Origin: Actinomycetota bacterium
GTDB taxonomy: Bacteria; Actinomycetota; Actinomycetes; Propionibacteriales; Propionibacteriaceae
Assembly (NCBI GenBank): GCA_046732135.1
Contig: JBKPML010000075.1
Coordinates: forward strand, 1,222 to 65,221
Reading direction: 5' to 3'
Length of the DNA: 64,000 bases
The translations under genes and the position numbers were made by a program. Each line of letters begins with the position of its first letter. Positions within the stretch are counted from its first letter, which is position 1. The notes beneath the pieces were generated by a model. That model ran no database searches. It saw nothing but the letters and a program-made list of their open reading frames with translations, and was not told where the DNA came from. This document shows, in pieces, positions 36,956 through 49,045 of the stretch.

Positions 36956-37740
36956 GCCAGCTCGCTACACCGGAGATCGGCCAGGTCGGCGTCGAGGTCG
37001 ACGATGTGGTTGCCACGATCCGCCTGGATCGGCCCGCCAAGCACAATGCGCTGACGCCGGAAATGCTTGATCAACTCGAACAGATCCTCGCCGACCTCGA
37101 TTCAGACCGCGGCATACGAGTTGTCCTGGTGACCGCGGCCGGAGACCGCTCCTTTTGTGCAGGTGCAGATATCCGGCGCTTCAAGGCGCTGCATCCGTTG
37201 GACATGTGGGCTCAATGGACCCGGCAGGGCCATCGGATATTCGACCGCCTCGCCCGGCTGCGACAGCCGACCATCACGGCTGTCTCCGGTAATGCGTATG
37301 GCGGTGGTTTGGAACTCGCACTGGCCTGCGACCTCCGCATCGTCGCCGAGGACGCCATCCTTGGTCTCACCGAGGTTGGCATCGGCACCATTCCCGGATG
37401 GGGAGGAACCGGACGGCTACGCGATTTGATCGGCGCCGGCCGAGCCAAACAAATGATCTTCACCGGTGAACCGCTGACCGCCGACCAGGCGCTGGCGTGG
37501 GGACTTGCGAACCAGCTCGCGCCGAGGACCAAGGTGATTTCTACGGCTCGCACGCTGGCCGTCAAGATCGCCAACCGCGCGCCGATCGCGGTCCAGATGG
37601 CCAAACAATCGATCGACGCCGGGGATGCCTACCAGGCCATGGAGCAGGTCGCCTCCGCCGCAACTGCGTTCACGGAGGACGCGGCCGAAGGTTTCGCATC
37701 CTTCACCGAGAGGCGCGATCCGGACTACCGCGGCATCTGA
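36952..37740 (+). CDS. Enoyl-CoA hydratase/crotonase
   Basis: FCAGAD oxyanion loop; both catalytic Glu present (GGGLEL, LTEV). Confidence 0.9.
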   Translation: MSQLATPEIGQVGVEVDDVVATIRLDRPAKHNALTPEMLDQLEQILADLDSDRGIRVVLVTAAGDRSFCAGADIRRFKALHPLDMWAQWTRQGHRIFDRLARLRQPTITAVSGNAYGGGLELALACDLRIVAEDAILGLTEVGIGTIPGWGGTGRLRDLIGAGRAKQMIFTGEPLTADQALAWGLANQLAPRTKVISTARTLAVKIANRAPIAVQMAKQSIDAGDAYQAMEQVASAATAFTEDAAEGFASFTERRDPDYRGI

Positions 37741-37787
37741 GACCGTGCCCGCCCTGAAGAACCCGCCAACCCCGATAAGGCATCAAA

Positions 37788-39302
37788 ATGACCACCACGA
37801 TCACCAGCACCGACCCCACCACCATTTCCGCCAATATCTGGCCCAACATCATCGACGGCCGGGACGTCGACGGTGCCGGCGAGGAGGTACTGCGCGAAAG
37901 CCCAGCACACGACGTACGGGTAGCCAGCTACCACAGCGCAGGCGAGGCGGACGTCGATGCAGCGGTTGCAGCAGCGGTCCGTACCTTTTCCTCCGGCGAC
38001 TGGGCGCGAACTTCCGGCGCGGAGCGAGCTGCGCTGCTACGACGGGTCGCTGCCCAGATCGAGGCTGAACTCGACGAGCTGGCTTTGATCGAGGCACTGG
38101 AGTCGGGCAAGCCCATATCCCAGGCGAAGGACGAAGTCTCCAGTTCAGCGGGTATCTGGTACTACGCCGCCAGCCTCGCCCAGCACGCCTACGGTGACGC
38201 CCACAACGATTTGGGCCCGAACTATCTCGCAGTCACAGTTAAGGAACCGGTCGGTGTCGTGGGCGTGATCACGCCCTGGAACTTCCCGCTCTTGATCGCG
38301 TCGCAGAAACTGCCTTTCGCCCTCGCGGTCGGCTGTACGGCGGTGATCAAGCCCAGCGATCTCACCCCGGGAACCACGACGCGCCTCGTCCAGATCCTGC
38401 ATGCCGAAGGGCTACCCCCGGGGGCTGTCAACCTGGTTCACGGCGGCGGAGATGTTGGCGGCTGGCTTTCGGCTCATCCCGGAACCCAGATGACTACCTT
38501 CACGGGGTCCACCGGAGTTGGCCGCATGGTCGCGGCCGCCGCCGCTAAGGACCTAAAGAAGGTCAGCTTGGAGCTGGGTGGCAAGAACCCGCAAGTGATC
38601 TTTCCCGACGCCGACCTTGACGCTGCCCTCGAGAAGGTTGTCTTCGGCGCGTACTTCAACCAAGGCGAGTGCTGCAACGCCGGCTCCCGGCTGCTGGTGC
38701 ACGCTGACATCGCCGACGACTTCACCGCCCGCGTCGTAGAACGCGCCCAGGACGTCGCCGTCGGCGATCCGCTCAGCCCCGCCACCAAGGTGGGTGCACT
38801 CATCTCTGAGAAGCACCTTGGCGTGGTCAGTGGCTATGTCGGCATCGGGCAGCAAGAAGGCGCCTCGGTTGCGCTTGGTGGCGATCGGCTGACCTCGGAC
38901 CGCGGCCGGTACTACTCGCCCACGGTGCTTGCCGACGTACCTAAGACGGCCCGAGTCGCTCGGGAGGAAATCTTCGGGCCCGTGCTGTCGGTGGTGAAGT
39001 TCGCGGATCTTGAGGAGGCGGTGGAGATCACCAACGCCACCGGGTACGGGCTGAGCGCCGGCGTCTGGAGCCGCAATCTCGACACTGCTCTCGGCTACGC
39101 GCGGGCCACCAAGGCCGGAACCGTTTGGATCAACTGCTACATGGACGGCTTCCCCGAGATCTCCTTCGGCGGTTATGGCGCATCGGGCATCGGTCGTGAA
39201 CTGGGCCGTACCGCTATCGATGAGTACATCGAGCACAAGAGCATGATCATCCGGACCGGCGGGCAGACCCCCTCCTGGGTCGGCGGCGTGGGTGAGAAGT
39301 GA
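37788..39302 (+). CDS. NAD(P)-dependent aldehyde dehydrogenase (sorbosone dehydrogenase-like)
   Basis: ITPWNFP, FTGSTGVG, LELGGK, GECC and EEIFGPV motifs. Confidence 0.9.
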   Translation: MTTTITSTDPTTISANIWPNIIDGRDVDGAGEEVLRESPAHDVRVASYHSAGEADVDAAVAAAVRTFSSGDWARTSGAERAALLRRVAAQIEAELDELALIEALESGKPISQAKDEVSSSAGIWYYAASLAQHAYGDAHNDLGPNYLAVTVKEPVGVVGVITPWNFPLLIASQKLPFALAVGCTAVIKPSDLTPGTTTRLVQILHAEGLPPGAVNLVHGGGDVGGWLSAHPGTQMTTFTGSTGVGRMVAAAAAKDLKKVSLELGGKNPQVIFPDADLDAALEKVVFGAYFNQGECCNAGSRLLVHADIADDFTARVVERAQDVAVGDPLSPATKVGALISEKHLGVVSGYVGIGQQEGASVALGGDRLTSDRGRYYSPTVLADVPKTARVAREEIFGPVLSVVKFADLEEAVEITNATGYGLSAGVWSRNLDTALGYARATKAGTVWINCYMDGFPEISFGGYGASGIGRELGRTAIDEYIEHKSMIIRTGGQTPSWVGGVGEK

Positions 39303-40909
39303 CAGTGGGCCAGCCACCGCCCACGCCACAGCTGCGGGAAGGCGCGCTCGTCGTACCTGATCAACAGAAGCTGACTGCCGACGTGGTGATCATCGGCTCG
39401 GGCATGGGTGGCGGCACCCTCGCCTGGGCCTTGAAGGACAGCGGCTTGGACGTCCTCATCGTGGAGCGTGGACAGTTCCTACCTCGAGAACCAGAGAACA
39501 GCCAGCCTGATCACGTATTCATCAAGAAGCGATATGTCACCTCCAAACCCTGGTACGACGCCAAATCTGGCCGACCCTTCCAACCGGGCGTCTACTACTG
39601 GGTGGGCGGGAACACCAAGATGTACGGTGCCTGCCTGCCGCGCTTCCGGCGCAGCGACTTCGCAGAGGTGGTCCACCACGATGGTGTCTCGCCCGCGTGG
39701 CCGTTCAGCTACGACGACATCGAGCCGTTCTACGGTCAGGCAGAACAGCTCTACGAGGTCCACGGCGTCGTGGACGAAGATCCGACGGAACCGCCTCATT
39801 CAAGCGACTACCCGTACCCACCGCTCAGCCACGAACCGGCCGTGGAGCGTCTGGCGAACTACCTCTATCTGCAGGGTTTGCATCCGTTTCACATGGCTTG
39901 TGGCATGCACCTGCCCTCCATGGCCGAACGCCGAGCCGACGCCACCGCCGACGGCTCGCCGTCTTCGACCGGCGCCAAGAGCGATGCCGAGAACCGCGCA
40001 GTTCGCCCGGCATTGGAATCGGACAACGTCCGACTGCTGCTCGGCGCCTACGTGCGGCGCCTGCACACCACACCGAGCGGTGATCAAGTCAGCCGGGCAG
40101 AGGCGCAGATCGGCGACCAGGTGTTGCGGATCGAGGCAAAGACCTTTGTCGTCTCTGGCGGTGCGGTCAACTCTGCCGCCTTGCTGCTTCGCTCAGTGAG
40201 CGATCAGCACCCGAACGGGCTGGGCAACTCCTCCGGTCTGCTGGGCCGCAACTACATGGTTCACAACAGCACATTCTTTCTGGCAGTCGATCTCAGACAC
40301 AGAAATCAGACTGCATGGCAAAAGACCTTGGGTTTGAACGACTGGTACGAGGCCGGCCCGGATACCCCCTACCCGCTCGGCAACCTCCAGATGCTCGGCA
40401 AGCTAAAAGCGCCCATGATCAAAAGCGCCCGGCCCTGGGCGCCGATGTGGGCCCTCAAGACCCTCACCGATCGCAGCCTCGACATCTACCTCACTACCGA
40501 GGACCTGCCTCGGCCCGACAATCGCGTCACCGTGGATGGCGACGAAATCACTATTAGCTGGACCCCGAACAACCTGGTGCCGCACCGCGAGCTTGTCAAA
40601 CGTGTCAGCCACGCAGTCCACAAGGCCGGCTATCCGATCGGGCTCACCGAACGGATGGGCATCGGAACCAACTCCCACATGTGTGGCACCACCGTGGCGG
40701 GCATAGACCCGGCTCGCAGCATCCTCGACCGCGACTGCCGCAGCCACGAGGTCGGCAACTTGTTCGTCGTCGATAGCAGCTTCTTCCCTTCGTCGGCGGC
40801 GCTGAATCCCGCACTCACCATCGCCGCCAACGCACTTCGCGTCGCGCCAACCATCGCGGCCAGCGCACTCGCCGGAAGGATCAACTCAGATGAACTCCAC
40901 GACCGCTAG
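39299..40909 (+). CDS. Second GMC oxidoreductase (sugar/gluconate dehydrogenase flavoprotein-like)
   Basis: GSGMGG, GGNTKMYGA, GRNYMVH, SHMCGT and ALNPALTIAANALRV motifs. Confidence 0.85.
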   Translation: MTVGQPPPTPQLREGALVVPDQQKLTADVVIIGSGMGGGTLAWALKDSGLDVLIVERGQFLPREPENSQPDHVFIKKRYVTSKPWYDAKSGRPFQPGVYYWVGGNTKMYGACLPRFRRSDFAEVVHHDGVSPAWPFSYDDIEPFYGQAEQLYEVHGVVDEDPTEPPHSSDYPYPPLSHEPAVERLANYLYLQGLHPFHMACGMHLPSMAERRADATADGSPSSTGAKSDAENRAVRPALESDNVRLLLGAYVRRLHTTPSGDQVSRAEAQIGDQVLRIEAKTFVVSGGAVNSAALLLRSVSDQHPNGLGNSSGLLGRNYMVHNSTFFLAVDLRHRNQTAWQKTLGLNDWYEAGPDTPYPLGNLQMLGKLKAPMIKSARPWAPMWALKTLTDRSLDIYLTTEDLPRPDNRVTVDGDEITISWTPNNLVPHRELVKRVSHAVHKAGYPIGLTERMGIGTNSHMCGTTVAGIDPARSILDRDCRSHEVGNLFVVDSSFFPSSAALNPALTIAANALRVAPTIAASALAGRINSDELHDR

Positions 40910-41945
40910 CGGCTCCCGTCCCACCACCAGTCCGATCACCATCGGCCTGGTCGGGGCAAGCCAGATCGCCATGAGCCGGATGCTGCCGGCATTCGCTGCC
41001 GTCGGCATCCGCGTATTCGGTCTCTATGACAACGAACCCCGACGATTCGCCTACTGGACGGACAGTGGCGTCGAGGAACAGACTTCAAGGCTCGACGAGC
41101 TGCTGTCCAGCCGTCTCGACGCTGTCTACATCTCGACGCGCAACGACCAGCACCTGGCGGAAGCTGTCGCTGCCGCGGAAGCCGGCAAGCACATCCTGGT
41201 CGAGAAACCGATGGCATTGAGCATCGAGGATGCCCAAACCATGATCGACGCCGCGGACCGCAACGGCGTGGTCCTCGCCGTCAATCACCATCTACCCGGT
41301 AGCCCGCTGCATGTCACCGCGCGCCGATTGGTCGCGGAGGGCACGATCGGCAGGCTGTACTCGGCCCGGGTCAACCACGCAGTGCTGTTACCAGAGCACC
41401 TTCGAGGATGGCGGCTCGCGGATATTCCGGGCGGAGGCGTGGTCTTCGATATCACCGTCCACGACGCGTCCGTTCTCAACCCGCTGTTTGGCGCTGCACC
41501 AACGCAGGTCGCAGCATTAGGACTCTCCCAGGCGCCATGGAACAAAGCGCGGACGCGTGATTCTGTGATGACGGTCCTGAAATATCCGGCGGCGGATGGA
41601 GGCGTGCCGGGCTTGGCCCAGACGCATGACTCCTTCGCTCTCCCCTACCCGGGGACCAGCCTTGAGATACACGGGGAAAGCGGAGCGATCATCATCGGCG
41701 ACGCCATGACCCAGGACACTCCTGGCACAGTCGAACTTCATACTGCCGAGGGCGTTCAGGCGATCGATGTCGACTGCAGCGACGATCTTTACCACATCAA
41801 CGTCCGCGCCTTCGCCGCCGCCATTCATGGCGAAGGCCGACCCACAGCGACCGGATCGGACGGCCTTCGCGCGCTCCAGGTTGCGGTTGGAGTCGAGGAG
41901 TCACTGAAGACAGGCCGAACGACACTAATCGACAATGTGACATGA
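40890..41945 (+). CDS. afr: Gfo/Idh/MocA oxidoreductase, 1,5-anhydro-D-fructose reductase-like
   Basis: EKP motif plus NHHL, HAVLLPEHLRGWRL, GGGVVFDITVHDA, MTQ and TATGSDG, which match the rhizobial AFR sequence as I recall it. Confidence 0.7.
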   Translation: MNSTTASGSRPTTSPITIGLVGASQIAMSRMLPAFAAVGIRVFGLYDNEPRRFAYWTDSGVEEQTSRLDELLSSRLDAVYISTRNDQHLAEAVAAAEAGKHILVEKPMALSIEDAQTMIDAADRNGVVLAVNHHLPGSPLHVTARRLVAEGTIGRLYSARVNHAVLLPEHLRGWRLADIPGGGVVFDITVHDASVLNPLFGAAPTQVAALGLSQAPWNKARTRDSVMTVLKYPAADGGVPGLAQTHDSFALPYPGTSLEIHGESGAIIIGDAMTQDTPGTVELHTAEGVQAIDVDCSDDLYHINVRAFAAAIHGEGRPTATGSDGLRALQVAVGVEESLKTGRTTLIDNVT

Positions 41946-41970
41946 GCTTGCGTCCGGAGAGAGTTGGCGC

Positions 41971-42813
41971 ATGAGCGGTAGCAGTATCGACACCGTCGTG
42001 TCCAACCGGTCTGCGGTGCCGGTGTTCTTTCTGTCCGACAGCACAGGCATCAGCGCTGAAACCATGGGCAACGCGCTGCTTATTCAGTTTCCCGACCTGC
42101 GGTTCGAGCGGCGGCTTATCCCGTTCATCTCCACGGTCGAGGAGGCCCGACGGGTCGTTCAGGTGCTGGACGCCGCCATGGACGGGCCCGTCACGCCACT
42201 CGCCTTCACGACCGCGGCAGTCGATGAGATCCGAGAGGTTCTGCATACGTCGCGATGCCCGATCATCGACTTCTTTGACATGCACATGTCCCGGGTGGAG
42301 TCGATTCTCGGAGTGCGGGGCCTGCACGTCGCCTCCCGGCTCCACAGCGTCGGCGATATCCAGCGGTACAACGCCCGGATGGCCGCGGTCGAGTACGCCA
42401 TTGAGCACGACGACGGGCAGAGCACGCGAGCCCTCGACAAAGCCGAGGTGATCTTGCTGGCACCGTCACGCTGCGGCAAGACACCTACAACCATGTACTT
42501 GGCCCTGCAACACGGGATCTTCGTCGCCAACTATCCGCTGGTGGAGGATGACTTCGACACGACGGACCTGCCGCGTCCAGTCCGGCAGCTCGGAGATCAC
42601 TGCTTTGGTCTCACCACCACGCCTATCCGGCTCAGCCAGGTTCGGCATGAACGCCGCCCCAACTCTCGCTACGCCTCGCTCGAGCAATGCACGTTCGAGC
42701 TACGGCGAGCCGAGGCCCTGTATCACCGGCATGGCATCCCAGTGATCAACTCTTCAGCCAAGTCAGTTGAGGAAATGTCCACCGTGATCTTGCAAGCACT
42801 CCAGCAGTCATAG
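41971..42813 (+). CDS. ppsR: PEP synthase regulatory kinase/pyrophosphorylase (DUF299)
   Basis: [26 protein letters not shown] and ANYPL motifs; directly upstream of ppsA. Confidence 0.9.
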   Translation: MSGSSIDTVVSNRSAVPVFFLSDSTGISAETMGNALLIQFPDLRFERRLIPFISTVEEARRVVQVLDAAMDGPVTPLAFTTAAVDEIREVLHTSRCPIIDFFDMHMSRVESILGVRGLHVASRLHSVGDIQRYNARMAAVEYAIEHDDGQSTRALDKAEVILLAPSRCGKTPTTMYLALQHGIFVANYPLVEDDFDTTDLPRPVRQLGDHCFGLTTTPIRLSQVRHERRPNSRYASLEQCTFELRRAEALYHRHGIPVINSSAKSVEEMSTVILQALQQS

Positions 42814-42836
42814 CCGCCCATTGTCTAGGAGTCACG

Positions 42837-45221
<2,385 letters not shown>

Positions 45222-45273
45222 CCTCCCAGCTGGTCACGGCGCAAACGAAGCGCACAACCAGCAGGATAGGAGC

Positions 45274-46748
45274 ATGTCTGCAACGTCTGCGTCTGCTTCA
45301 CCCGGCCACCCAACTGCCGAGCATGCTCGACTGGCAGCGGCCGTGGCGAGGGCCGAAGATGATCCTTTCGAGGCGAATCCTTGGTACGAGTGGGGTCCCT
45401 ATCTGTCGCAGCGGGCCTGGGGCACCGTACGGGAGGACTACAGCGCCAGCGGCGATACGTGAAACTACTTTCCCCATGATCATGCGAGGTCTCGCGCCTA
45501 CCGGTGGAACGAAGACGGCATGGCGGGCTTGTCGGACATCCGGCATCAGCTGTGCTTCGGTGGCGTTGTGGAACGGGGTCGACTCGATCCTCAAGGAGCG
45601 GATGTTCGGCCTGACCGGCCCGCAGGGAAACCACGGCGAGGACGTCAAGGAGTACTGGTGGTATCTGGATGCGCTGCGGAGCCACACCTGGCTGCGCTGG
45701 CGGTATCACTACCCTCAGGCGGCCTTCCCGTATCAGCAGCTTCTTGACAAGAACAGCTATCCGCGACGCAATCGCAACGATTCTGAGTTCGAGCTGCTGG
45801 ACACCGGTGTCTTCGACGACGGCCGGTACTGGGTCGTTGAGGTTGCGTACGCAAAGGCATCAGCCACCGAGATCCTGGCCAAGATCACGATCGAGAACAA
45901 AGGACCCGATGAGGCGACACTTTCAGTCCTGCCTACCTTGTGGTTTCGCAACACCTGGCGCTACTCCGGAGCTGAGCCTCCTGAGTTGCGCGAGGAGAGT
46001 GACGCCATTCTCGTTCAGCACCCTCACCTCTCCGGCTATCGGCTCGACGCCGCTCCGACACTGGATGGCACATCGCCGAAGGCGTTGTTCTGCGACAACG
46101 AAACCAACACGGCTCGGTTGTTCGGTGCGGCGCCGATCACCACCAATCCGAAGGATGGCATCAATGACCACGTGATCAGCGGAGCCGACACGGTGAACCC
46201 GGAGCAGCGAGGCACCAAGGCCTGCTGGTGGTATCCGCTCACGGTTCCAGCGAAAGGCACATCCGAGCTACGACGGCGGCTTCACCGGCCGGAGTCGACT
46301 TCTGCAACTTCCCACTGGTCCGTAAGCCATCCACGCGGTGCCGTCGGCCTGATCGAGCCGGACACCGGCCGTTAGGTGGGAGCGGTCGATGGGACTGATG
46401 TTGTCCAACCCCAGGAATCCGCCGCCGAAAAGATTCCAGATCCGTGCCGCCATCGATGACGAAAACCCGGATTGCGGCGAGGGCGTGGACGACATCGCGG
46501 GGAATCTCGCAGACCGGCTGATCAACATCTGGCTTCCGGGCCCAGATGGCCGCCGTCCGGTCTATGGCGGAGTTGAGCGCTTTCAGACCGATCCGGCATG
46601 GAAGGACAACCTGCTGTTCTTCGAGTACTTCCACGGTGACAACGGCGCCGGCCTTGGAGCCATGCACCAGACTGGTTGGACCGCTCTGGTGGTGGACCTG
46701 CTGCTGGATCCGCCTCGCCGCAGCCGGCGGATGACCTTCCACGATTAG
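45274..46748 (+). pseudogene. Shattered MGH1/GH63-like glycoside hydrolase
   Basis: [21 protein letters not shown] at 45460 in place of Trp, frameshift near 45558, GNHGEDVKEY. The C-terminal FFEYFHGDNGAGLGAMHQTGW is present; most of the middle is deleted. Confidence 0.85.
46322..46490 (-). other. Inverted internal fragment of the same MGH1-like gene
   Basis: Minus strand reads [18 protein letters not shown], then in another frame [19 protein letters not shown]...[11 protein letters not shown]. Both are mid-protein motifs of this family. Confidence 0.8.
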
Positions 46749-46987
46749 AAGTGCCGTCAGCTTTGTCTGGGGTCGCCCACCCTCTCCTGGTGCTCGACCA
46801 GTTACAACGCCTTGGAAGGATCTGCGCGGACACGATTGGCAGCTTTTCGACCAGACGAGCGGTCTCTGTTATGTCCACTCCGGTACGGACCTCCTCGGCG
46901 GCCTGTTCGTCGAGCTAACGCCGTGGAACTTGCACATGCTTCTGATCGATCAGCACGCCGAGCGGGTCGGGTCCTAGACTCCGCTGC

Positions 46988-48043
46988 ATGGAATATCGAC
47001 AGCTGGGCCGGTCCGGCCTACGAGTTTCGTCCATCACGCTGGGCACGATGGGTTTCGGCGGCACCGGCTGGGCCGCAGCCGTGGGACAGATCGACGTCGA
47101 AGGAGCCCGCAAGCAGATCGGGTTGGCACGTGACGCCGGGGTCAACCTGTTCGACACCGCTGACGTCTATTCCAGCGGCACGTCAGAGGAAATCTTGGGA
47201 CAGGCACTCGGCTCAGATCGCGACGAGGTGCTGATCGCAACCAAAGTGCGGATGACAATGGGTGAAGGGCCCAACGATGCCGGACTTTCAAGGCACCACA
47301 TCATCCGTGGTGCCGAAGCCAGTCTCCGCCGCCTCGGCACTGATTACATCGACCTGTACCAGGTGCACGAATGGGACGGCCAGACCCCGCTGGAGGAGAC
47401 ACTGGCCGCCCTCGACCATCTCGTGCAGTCCGGAAAGGTGCGCTACATCGGTTGCTCCAATTACGCCGCCTGGCAACTCATGAAGGCGTTATGGATATCC
47501 GACCGTAAGGGGCTGGCAAGCTTCGTCAGCCAGCAGGTTTACTACTCACTGCAAGCGCGCGACATCGAATACGAGATCGTGCCGCTGTGCGTCGATCAGG
47601 GCATCGGCATCTTGGTTTGGAGCCCGATCGCCGGCGGACTGATGTCCGGCAAGTACCGCCGCGATGTGGAAGCGCCGCCAGGCAGCCGGCATCTGAGCGA
47701 CTGGAGCGAGCCGCCCATTCACGATGAAGACAAGCTTTACGACACCATCGAGGAACTGATCGCCATCGGCGCCGATCACGGCATATCCGCCGCACAGGTC
47801 GCCCTCGCCTACATCATCGGCAAACCCGCGGTGACCTCGGTCATCGTTGGCGCCCGCACCGAGGACCAGCTCGCCGACAACCTGGCATCCGCCGAACTTG
47901 CGCTGTCCGACGACGAGATCGCTCGCTTGGACAAGGTCAGCGCCCAGCCCTTGCTGTACCCGCACTGGCATCAGGCCAATAACTCAAGCGACCGGCTCAG
48001 CGCAGCCGACTTAACCCTGCTAGCCCGGCACATCGAAGGCTGA
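46988..48043 (+). CDS. Aldo/keto reductase
   Basis: LGTMGFG, FDTADVYS.G.SEE, IATK, YIDLYQVH and GCSNY motifs. Confidence 0.95.
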   Translation: MEYRQLGRSGLRVSSITLGTMGFGGTGWAAAVGQIDVEGARKQIGLARDAGVNLFDTADVYSSGTSEEILGQALGSDRDEVLIATKVRMTMGEGPNDAGLSRHHIIRGAEASLRRLGTDYIDLYQVHEWDGQTPLEETLAALDHLVQSGKVRYIGCSNYAAWQLMKALWISDRKGLASFVSQQVYYSLQARDIEYEIVPLCVDQGIGILVWSPIAGGLMSGKYRRDVEAPPGSRHLSDWSEPPIHDEDKLYDTIEELIAIGADHGISAAQVALAYIIGKPAVTSVIVGARTEDQLADNLASAELALSDDEIARLDKVSAQPLLYPHWHQANNSSDRLSAADLTLLARHIEG

Positions 48044-48069
48044 TCGGTCGCAGCAAGGCGGCCGGGTCG

Positions 48070-48924
48070 CTAGGACGCAAGAGCAATCTCTTCGACGCTG
48101 CCGATAATGGTCCGGAGCTTGCCCAGCACCCGGCCCAGCAGCCGAGACACCTGCATCTGGCTGGTGCCGATCGCGGCCGCGATCTCGGCCTGCGACCGTT
48201 GCTCGAAAAACCGGTACCACAGCAGTTGTCGTTCGCATTCAGTGAGCTGGTCGAGGGCCGCGTCGATGATCAGGCGGATCTCGGTACGGTCCAACTCGTC
48301 CTCGCTCTCGGTCGAGGTGAAGTGCATTCCGCGGGCGACTGCCGCATCGATCGAAGCCGGGCTGTAGCAGTGGCTGGCGTACCGTGCCTGTTGCACTGCG
48401 CCGACGCTCTGGCCCAGCCGACGCGCCAGATCCTCCGCGCTGGGGATCGCCCCGATGGCCTGAACGAGCGCGGGCCATTGCTGCCAGATGCCGGAGGCCA
48501 GCTCCTGGGTCCGCCGCGGGGGCCGCACCATCCAACCATGGTCACGGAAGTGCCGTTTCAAGACACCGGTGATAGTCGGCACCGCAAAGGCGATGAAAGC
48601 ACCCTGCTGCGGATCGAACCGCTGAGCTGCTTCCACTAACCCGGTGCGGGCGACCTGCAGCAGATCCTCTTCATCTTCGCCGCGGTGCAGGAAGCGACGG
48701 GAGAGCGATTCGGCAAGCCACAAGTGCGAGGTGACAACCTCGTCAAGAATCTGCTGGCGTTTCTCAGGTTCAACCTCACGCGCCTTAATCAGTAGCTCAC
48801 GGGTACGCTCTGCCAACTCTTGCCGTTGGACTTGTTGCCTGGGCTTTCCATCATCGCTCGCACCGTCGGTTGGCAGACTGGTTTCGACAGCAGGAAGTAG
48901 GACGACTTCAGGGGATTTCGGCAT
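48070..48924 (-). CDS. RNA polymerase sigma factor, SigB/SigF/SigG group
   Basis: EDLLQVARTGLVEAAQRFDP, FAVPTITG.LKRHFRD, and region 4 SQAEIAAAIGTSQMQVSRLL. Confidence 0.9.
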   Translation of the reverse strand: MPKSPEVVLLPAVETSLPTDGASDDGKPRQQVQRQELAERTRELLIKAREVEPEKRQQILDEVVTSHLWLAESLSRRFLHRGEDEEDLLQVARTGLVEAAQRFDPQQGAFIAFAVPTITGVLKRHFRDHGWMVRPPRRTQELASGIWQQWPALVQAIGAIPSAEDLARRLGQSVGAVQQARYASHCYSPASIDAAVARGMHFTSTESEDELDRTEIRLIIDAALDQLTECERQLLWYRFFEQRSQAEIAAAIGTSQMQVSRLLGRVLGKLRTIIGSVEEIALAS

Positions 48925-49045
48925 CAGCGCAAGCACCCTTCGTTCGATCGTGGGTGTGGCGCTGGCTCGACCACCTCACTAACAGACAACCACATCGCCG
49001 AGCTATAGACAAGGGTTCAATTCGCGAACTGACATACTGCCAACC

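Noticed and set aside
49019-49030. AATTCGCGAACT as an operator for the Gfo/Idh/MocA pair
   Set aside because: Only an 8-bp perfect core, with no second copy and no adjacent regulator.
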